From NCBI RefSeq assembly GCF_002706985.1, contig NZ_PAKP01000027.1: a stretch of 64,000 nt of DNA, one strand, 5' to 3'. A program made the position numbers and the translations under genes. The notes under the pieces are model-generated. The model worked only from the letters and a program-made list of their open reading frames with translations, was not told the origin of the DNA and made no database searches. This document shows positions 59,243 through 64,000 of the stretch, piece by piece. The DNA comes from Sneathiella sp. Lineage in GTDB: Bacteria; Pseudomonadota; Alphaproteobacteria; Sneathiellales; Sneathiellaceae. Position 1 is the first letter of the stretch, and each line of letters begins with the position of its first letter.

Positions 59243-59527
59243 ATGATAAAATCTGAACTCATAACAATCATCGCGGAAAATAATCCCCATTTATACCAAC
59301 GCGATGTGGAACGTATTGTTACCACGATTTTTGACGAAATATCCGATGCTCTCGCACGGGGCGACCGGGTCGAACTGCGCGGATTCGGAGCATTTTCCAC
59401 CAAGGAGCGGGCGGCGCGCGTTGGCCGCAATCCCCGCACCGGGGAAGCCGTGCAGGTGGAAAAGAAATATGTGCCTTATTTCAAATGCGGAAAAGACCTG
59501 CGCGACAGACTCAACGCCGAGGGTTGA
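59243..59527 (+). CDS. ihfB: Integration host factor beta
   Basis: MIKSELI...[10 protein letters not shown]...GRNPRTGE. Confidence 0.96.
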   Translation: MIKSELITIIAENNPHLYQRDVERIVTTIFDEISDALARGDRVELRGFGAFSTKERAARVGRNPRTGEAVQVEKKYVPYFKCGKDLRDRLNAEG

Positions 59528-59596
59528 TAAGGTTCGCCATTTTTCCGGAAAACCGTTAGTCTGGCAGAAACCCATGTCTGAACCAGTAGGCTATTC

Positions 59597-59977
59597 ATGT
59601 TGAAATTTATTTTCTGGATTTTGTTCCTCGTCATCGCTCTTGCGGTTGCTGCCCTCAGTATAGCCAATCGGGAGACGGTGGTGTTTTCGCTTGATCCGCT
59701 TCCCTTCGCCTTTGACCTGCCGCTCTATGCCCTGTTGCTGGCCACGGGCTTCATCGGTCTGATCGTCGGGTCCGTCGTCACCTGGCTGCGCGGTCATTCT
59801 GTGCGTCACGAGAACCGGCTTCACAAACGCGAAGTGGAGGAGCTGAAAGGAAAGAACATGGCGCTGACCCGCGATCTTGAAGAAGCAAGAGCCCGCAACA
59901 GCAACGGCCCGGCGCCCGACGCCCTCACGCCGCCCATTGCCGACAAACACCAGATCGAACATCAGGCCGGCCATTAG
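59597..59977 (+). CDS. LapA/DUF1049 family membrane protein
   Basis: Two TM helices around ANRETVVFSLDP; usual position after ihfB. Confidence 0.8.
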   Translation: MLKFIFWILFLVIALAVAALSIANRETVVFSLDPLPFAFDLPLYALLLATGFIGLIVGSVVTWLRGHSVRHENRLHKREVEELKGKNMALTRDLEEARARNSNGPAPDALTPPIADKHQIEHQAGH

Positions 59978-59996
59978 GCCGGAAAAAGGTTTCCAG

Positions 59997-60941
59997 ATGC
60001 GGATTATTGAAAACGCCGAAGTATCGGCCGCCCTCGCTTACCCTGCGCTGATCGACGCGCTTCGCAGGATGTTCACCGAAGGCTGTACCCAGCCACTCCG
60101 GCACCATCATTCCCTGGACCCGGAGAATGAGAAAAAGGGCACCCTGCTGATCATGCCCGCCTGGCAGTCGGGGAAATATCTCGGTCTTAAAACCGTGACG
60201 GTCATGCCGGAAAACGGCAGCCGCGGCCTGCCATCGGTTCAGGGCACCTATCTCTTGTTCGATACGGTGGACGGACGGGCCCTCGCTTTCATGAATGCGG
60301 GCGAGCTGACCACCCGCCGCACGGCCTCCGCCTCGGCGCTCGCGGCCTCCTTCCTCGCGCGGAAAGACTCAAGCCGGTTGCTGATGGTTGGCGCTGGTGC
60401 CATGGCGCCCTGCCTCGTACGCGCCCATGCCGCCGTCCGCCCGATACAGGAGGTGTCCGTCTGGAACCATCGCGCCGAAAAGGCGGAACGGCTCGCCGAC
60501 GACCTCTCGAAGGAAGGATTTACGGCGCGCGCGGTGACCGACCTTAAGGCCGCCGCCGGAGACGCAGACATCATCTCCTGCGCCACCCTCTCCACCGAAC
60601 CGCTGATCCATGGGGACTGGCTGAAACCCGGCGTCCATGTCGATCTTGTCGGCGCCTTCACCCCGACCATGCGCGAAACCGACGATGCTGCCATCCGGAT
60701 TGCGAACGTCTTCGTCGATACCCGCGAAGGCGGCCTGAACGAGGCCGGCGATATCGTCCTTGCCATGAAGGCCGGCGCCTTTACGGAGCAGGACCTCAAG
60801 GCGGATTTGTATGACCTTTGCCGGGACCGGCACCCCGGCCGCACGAGCGACGAGGAAATCACGCTTTTCAAATCGACGGGCGCCGCGCTTGAGGATCTTG
60901 CCGCCGCAATCCTCGCCTATGAGGCAAACGAGCAGAAATAA
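59997..60941 (+). CDS. Ornithine cyclodeaminase/mu-crystallin family protein
   Basis: LTTRRTASAS, GAGAMA and FKSTGAALEDLAAA. Confidence 0.9.
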   Translation: MRIIENAEVSAALAYPALIDALRRMFTEGCTQPLRHHHSLDPENEKKGTLLIMPAWQSGKYLGLKTVTVMPENGSRGLPSVQGTYLLFDTVDGRALAFMNAGELTTRRTASASALAASFLARKDSSRLLMVGAGAMAPCLVRAHAAVRPIQEVSVWNHRAEKAERLADDLSKEGFTARAVTDLKAAAGDADIISCATLSTEPLIHGDWLKPGVHVDLVGAFTPTMRETDDAAIRIANVFVDTREGGLNEAGDIVLAMKAGAFTEQDLKADLYDLCRDRHPGRTSDEEITLFKSTGAALEDLAAAILAYEANEQK

Positions 60942-61046
60942 GCGCAAAATCATGTCATTTTGCGCGTCTATCGCTTTTCATTTTGTCGAAAGCCTCTATT
61001 ATCGCGGCAGTTTCCACCTATATCTCAGAAAACAGGATGTATGGAC

Positions 61047-61757
61047 ATGAGACAGACGCCCCAAAATGCCGTTTTTACTGCCATTGACACAACTGATCTG
61101 GAGGCGGCGATTGCCCTTGGCCGCGCCATCTCCCCGATTTCAGGCGGCCTCAAACTGGGGAAAGAGTTTTTCACCTCCCACGGTCCGCAAGGCGTGATGG
61201 CCGTTGCGGGAGAAACGACCCCGCTCTTTCTCGATCTCAAGTTCCACGATATTCCCAACACGGTCGCCGGTGGCGTGCGCGCCGCGGCGAAATTTATCAA
61301 GCCGACCATGCTGACCATTCATGCGAGCGGCGGCCCGGCCATGATCCGGGCGGCAGCCGATGCCTCCGCCGAGTTCGGGGACGAGCGCCCGCTGATCCTC
61401 GGTGTCACGGTACTGACCAGCATGGATGATGCGGATTTGAAAGCGGTTGGCGTGGAAAGTGCCGCCGAGGAACAGGTCCTGCGCCTTGCCGAGCTTGCGC
61501 AAAAGAACGGCGCCGACGGCGTGATCTGTTCCCCGCGCGAAATTCAGGCGCTTCGGAATGTCTGCGGCTCGGATTTCAAGCTGGTCGTCCCCGGCATCCG
61601 CCCGCTCGGCAGCGATCATGGCGATCAGAAGCGGGTGAAAACCCCGATCGAGGCAATGACCGACGGCGCGAGCTATCTGGTGATCGGCCGTCCCATCACC
61701 GGCGCACCCGATCCCGCTGCCGCCGTCAGCACGATTGTCGGGGAACTGGCCGCCTAG
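61047..61757 (+). CDS. pyrF: Orotidine-5'-phosphate decarboxylase
   Basis: FLDLKFHDIPNT, VTVLTS and VIGRPIT. Confidence 0.96.
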   Translation: MRQTPQNAVFTAIDTTDLEAAIALGRAISPISGGLKLGKEFFTSHGPQGVMAVAGETTPLFLDLKFHDIPNTVAGGVRAAAKFIKPTMLTIHASGGPAMIRAAADASAEFGDERPLILGVTVLTSMDDADLKAVGVESAAEEQVLRLAELAQKNGADGVICSPREIQALRNVCGSDFKLVVPGIRPLGSDHGDQKRVKTPIEAMTDGASYLVIGRPITGAPDPAAAVSTIVGELAA

Positions 61758-62414
61758 ATGACTGTCGCCGCGAAAATATGCGGACTGACGGACGCCGCCT
61801 CCGTTGCCGCCGCCGTTGAGAATGGCGCGGCCTATGTCGGCTTTGTCTTCTACGGCCGAAGCCCGCGTAACGTGACGCCCGAAGAGGCGGCAACCCTCGC
61901 TGCCGCTGTTCCTGCCCATGTCGAGAAGGTCGGTTTGTTCGTTGATCCGGACGACGCCCTGATCCGGTCGGTGCTGGATGCCGTATCACTTGAATGGATA
62001 CAGCTTCACGGATCGGAAACACCGGAACGGGTGGCCGAGATCAAACAGAAATTCAACCGCAAGGTAATGAAAGCCATTCCCGTCGCCGAAAAAGCGGATT
62101 TTAATGCGGTGACGGCCTATGAAAATGTCGCGGATATGTTGCTGTTCGATGCGAAAGCGCCTAAAACCATGGCCGATGCCTTGCCCGGTGGCAACGGGCT
62201 GGTTTTCGACTGGCAGATGATGCGCGGACTTACCATTTCGGTTCCATGGATGCTGGCTGGCGGCCTGACGGCGGAGAATGTGACGGAAGCGGTGACCATC
62301 AGCGGCGCAGAAATCGTCGATACCTCGTCCGGGGTCGAGTTCGAGCCAGGGCACAAAAACCCGGCGGCAATTGTGGCCTTCCTGACCGCGGTTAAGGCTG
62401 TTAAAACGAATTAG
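61758..62414 (+). CDS. trpF: Phosphoribosylanthranilate isomerase
   Basis: KICGL, QLHGSE, LAGGL and DTSSGVE. Confidence 0.96.
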   Translation: MTVAAKICGLTDAASVAAAVENGAAYVGFVFYGRSPRNVTPEEAATLAAAVPAHVEKVGLFVDPDDALIRSVLDAVSLEWIQLHGSETPERVAEIKQKFNRKVMKAIPVAEKADFNAVTAYENVADMLLFDAKAPKTMADALPGGNGLVFDWQMMRGLTISVPWMLAGGLTAENVTEAVTISGAEIVDTSSGVEFEPGHKNPAAIVAFLTAVKAVKTN

Positions 62415-62440
62415 AAGAGACTATTGAGGCGAAAAGAACG

Positions 62441-63652
62441 ATGTCGAAACTGAACAGCTATCGCACCGGGCCGGATGAAACCGGTCATTTCGGCATTTTC
62501 GGCGGGCAATTCGTCGCCGAGACGCTGATGCCGCTTATCCTGGAACTGGACAAGGCCTATGAGGCGTCGAAGGAAGATCCGGAATTCGCCAAAGAGCTCT
62601 CGGGCCTTTTGAAGAATTTCGTCGGCCGAGAATCCCCGCTCTATTTCGCCGAACGGCTGACCGAGCATTACGGCGGCGCGAAAATCTACTTAAAACGCGA
62701 AGACCTGAACCACACCGGCGCGCATAAGATCAACAACTGCATGGGGCAGATCCTGCTCGCCCGGCGTATGGGCAAGAAACGCATCATCGCGGAGACCGGC
62801 GCGGGCCAGCATGGCGTCGCCACCGCCACCGTCGCCGCGCGCTTCGGCCTGGACTGCGCGATCTATATGGGCGAGACGGATATCGAGCGGCAGAAACCCA
62901 ACGTTTTCCGCATGAAACTGCTAGGGGCGGAGGTTGTCCCCGTCAAGTCCGGCGCGCGCACCCTGAAAGACGCGATGAATGAGGCCTTGCGCGACTGGGT
63001 CACGAATGTGGAGGATACTTTCTACATCATCGGCACGGTGGCCGGGCCGCACCCCTACCCCGAGCTTGTCCGCGATTTTCAATGCGTGATCGGGGATGAA
63101 ACCCGCCGCCAGATCATGGCCGCAGAAGGACGCCTTCCCGATACCCTGCTTGCCTGCATCGGCGGCGGATCAAACGCCATGGGCCTGTTCCATCCGTTCC
63201 TCGATGATGAGAAAGTCGAGATTATCGGCGTCGAGGCCGCCGGTCACGGGATCGATACGGACAAGCACGCGGCATCACTTAAAGGCGGACGGCCGGGCGT
63301 CCTCCATGGCAACCGCACCTATCTGTTGCAGGATGACGACGGCCAGATACTGGAGGCGCATTCCATCTCCGCCGGTCTTGATTATCCCGGCATCGGGCCG
63401 GAGCATTCCTGGCTCAATGACGTGGGGCGGGTTAAATATGTCAACGCCACCGACGCCGAGGCATTGGAAGCCTTTCAGCTTTGCTGCAAGCTGGAGGGGA
63501 TTATCCCGGCATTGGAGAGCGCCCATGCGCTTGCCTATCTTGAAAAGCTCGCGCCGGGCCTGCCGAAGGATCATCTCATCGTCGTCAACCTCTCCGGTCG
63601 CGGCGACAAGGACATTTTCACCGTTGCCGACGCGCTGGGAGTTGAGTTGTGA
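62441..63652 (+). CDS. trpB: Tryptophan synthase beta chain
   Basis: [18 protein letters not shown] and SAGLDYPG. Confidence 0.98.
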   Translation: MSKLNSYRTGPDETGHFGIFGGQFVAETLMPLILELDKAYEASKEDPEFAKELSGLLKNFVGRESPLYFAERLTEHYGGAKIYLKREDLNHTGAHKINNCMGQILLARRMGKKRIIAETGAGQHGVATATVAARFGLDCAIYMGETDIERQKPNVFRMKLLGAEVVPVKSGARTLKDAMNEALRDWVTNVEDTFYIIGTVAGPHPYPELVRDFQCVIGDETRRQIMAAEGRLPDTLLACIGGGSNAMGLFHPFLDDEKVEIIGVEAAGHGIDTDKHAASLKGGRPGVLHGNRTYLLQDDDGQILEAHSISAGLDYPGIGPEHSWLNDVGRVKYVNATDAEALEAFQLCCKLEGIIPALESAHALAYLEKLAPGLPKDHLIVVNLSGRGDKDIFTVADALGVEL

Positions 63653-64000
63653 GCGAAACCCGTATTGACCGCCGTTTCAAGGCCCTGAAGGCCGAAGGGC
63701 GCGCCGCCTTTGTCACCTATGTCATGGCCGGTGATCCGAATTACGAGACTGCGCTGGAGATTGTTAAGGGCCTGCCCGCCGCCGGCGCCGATGTGATCGA
63801 GGTGGGGCTGCCCTTCACCGACCCGATGGCCGACGGCCCGGCAATCCAGAAGGCGGGGCTGCGGGCGCTTGCCTCCGGCACCACCCTCAAAAAGACCCTG
63901 AAGCTGATTTCCGAGTTCCGGACAAGCGATGACGAAACACCGGTCGTACTCATGGGCTATTACAACCCGATCTACAGCTATGGCGTCGATCAGTTCCTGA
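63649..64000 (+). CDS. trpA: Tryptophan synthase alpha chain, 3'-truncated by the window edge
   Basis: GTG overlaps the trpB stop; [10 protein letters not shown]...[18 protein letters not shown]. Confidence 0.95.
   Translation, partial: MSETRIDRRFKALKAEGRAAFVTYVMAGDPNYETALEIVKGLPAAGADVIEVGLPFTDPMADGPAIQKAGLRALASGTTLKKTLKLISEFRTSDDETPVVLMGYYNPIYSYGVDQFL

Overview
Alphaproteobacterial chromosome segment (GC-rich, trp/rpsA gene order, GAAC-N7-GAAC LexA box). 1-34.5 kb is mixed metabolic and accessory DNA: a TPP riboswitch-thiM-TRAP solute-binding protein unit, a two-gene NRPS (formyltransferase / Gly-type A domain split by a luciferase-like monooxygenase / PCP) plus type I PKS (KS-AT-KR-DH-ACP-TE), zur-znuCB/znuA with a Zur box, a yybP-ykoY riboswitch with a UPF0016 transporter, TauD/TetR and rhlE. 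34,564-53,709 is a ~19.1 kb element integrated at the 3' end of tRNA-Ala(GGC), bounded by 50-bp direct repeats. It carries an integrase, AlpA/Xis-like genes, an initiator with iterons, a primase-helicase, a small terminase, a tail fibre, a possible ejection protein, a LexA-boxed Y-family polymerase and an orphan PemK/MazF toxin followed by a candidate small RNA. No capsid, portal or large terminase was recognised, so it looks like a phage satellite. 53.8-64 kb is core housekeeping (aroA-cmk-rpsA, sppA-ihfB-lapA, pyrF-trpF-trpB-trpA). Best leads: the tail-fibre-carrying satellite, the MazF plus RNA module, the TPP-controlled TRAP protein as a candidate carboxythiazole binder, and the uncharacterised NRPS-PKS. 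All functional calls come from motif recognition by eye; no searches were run.
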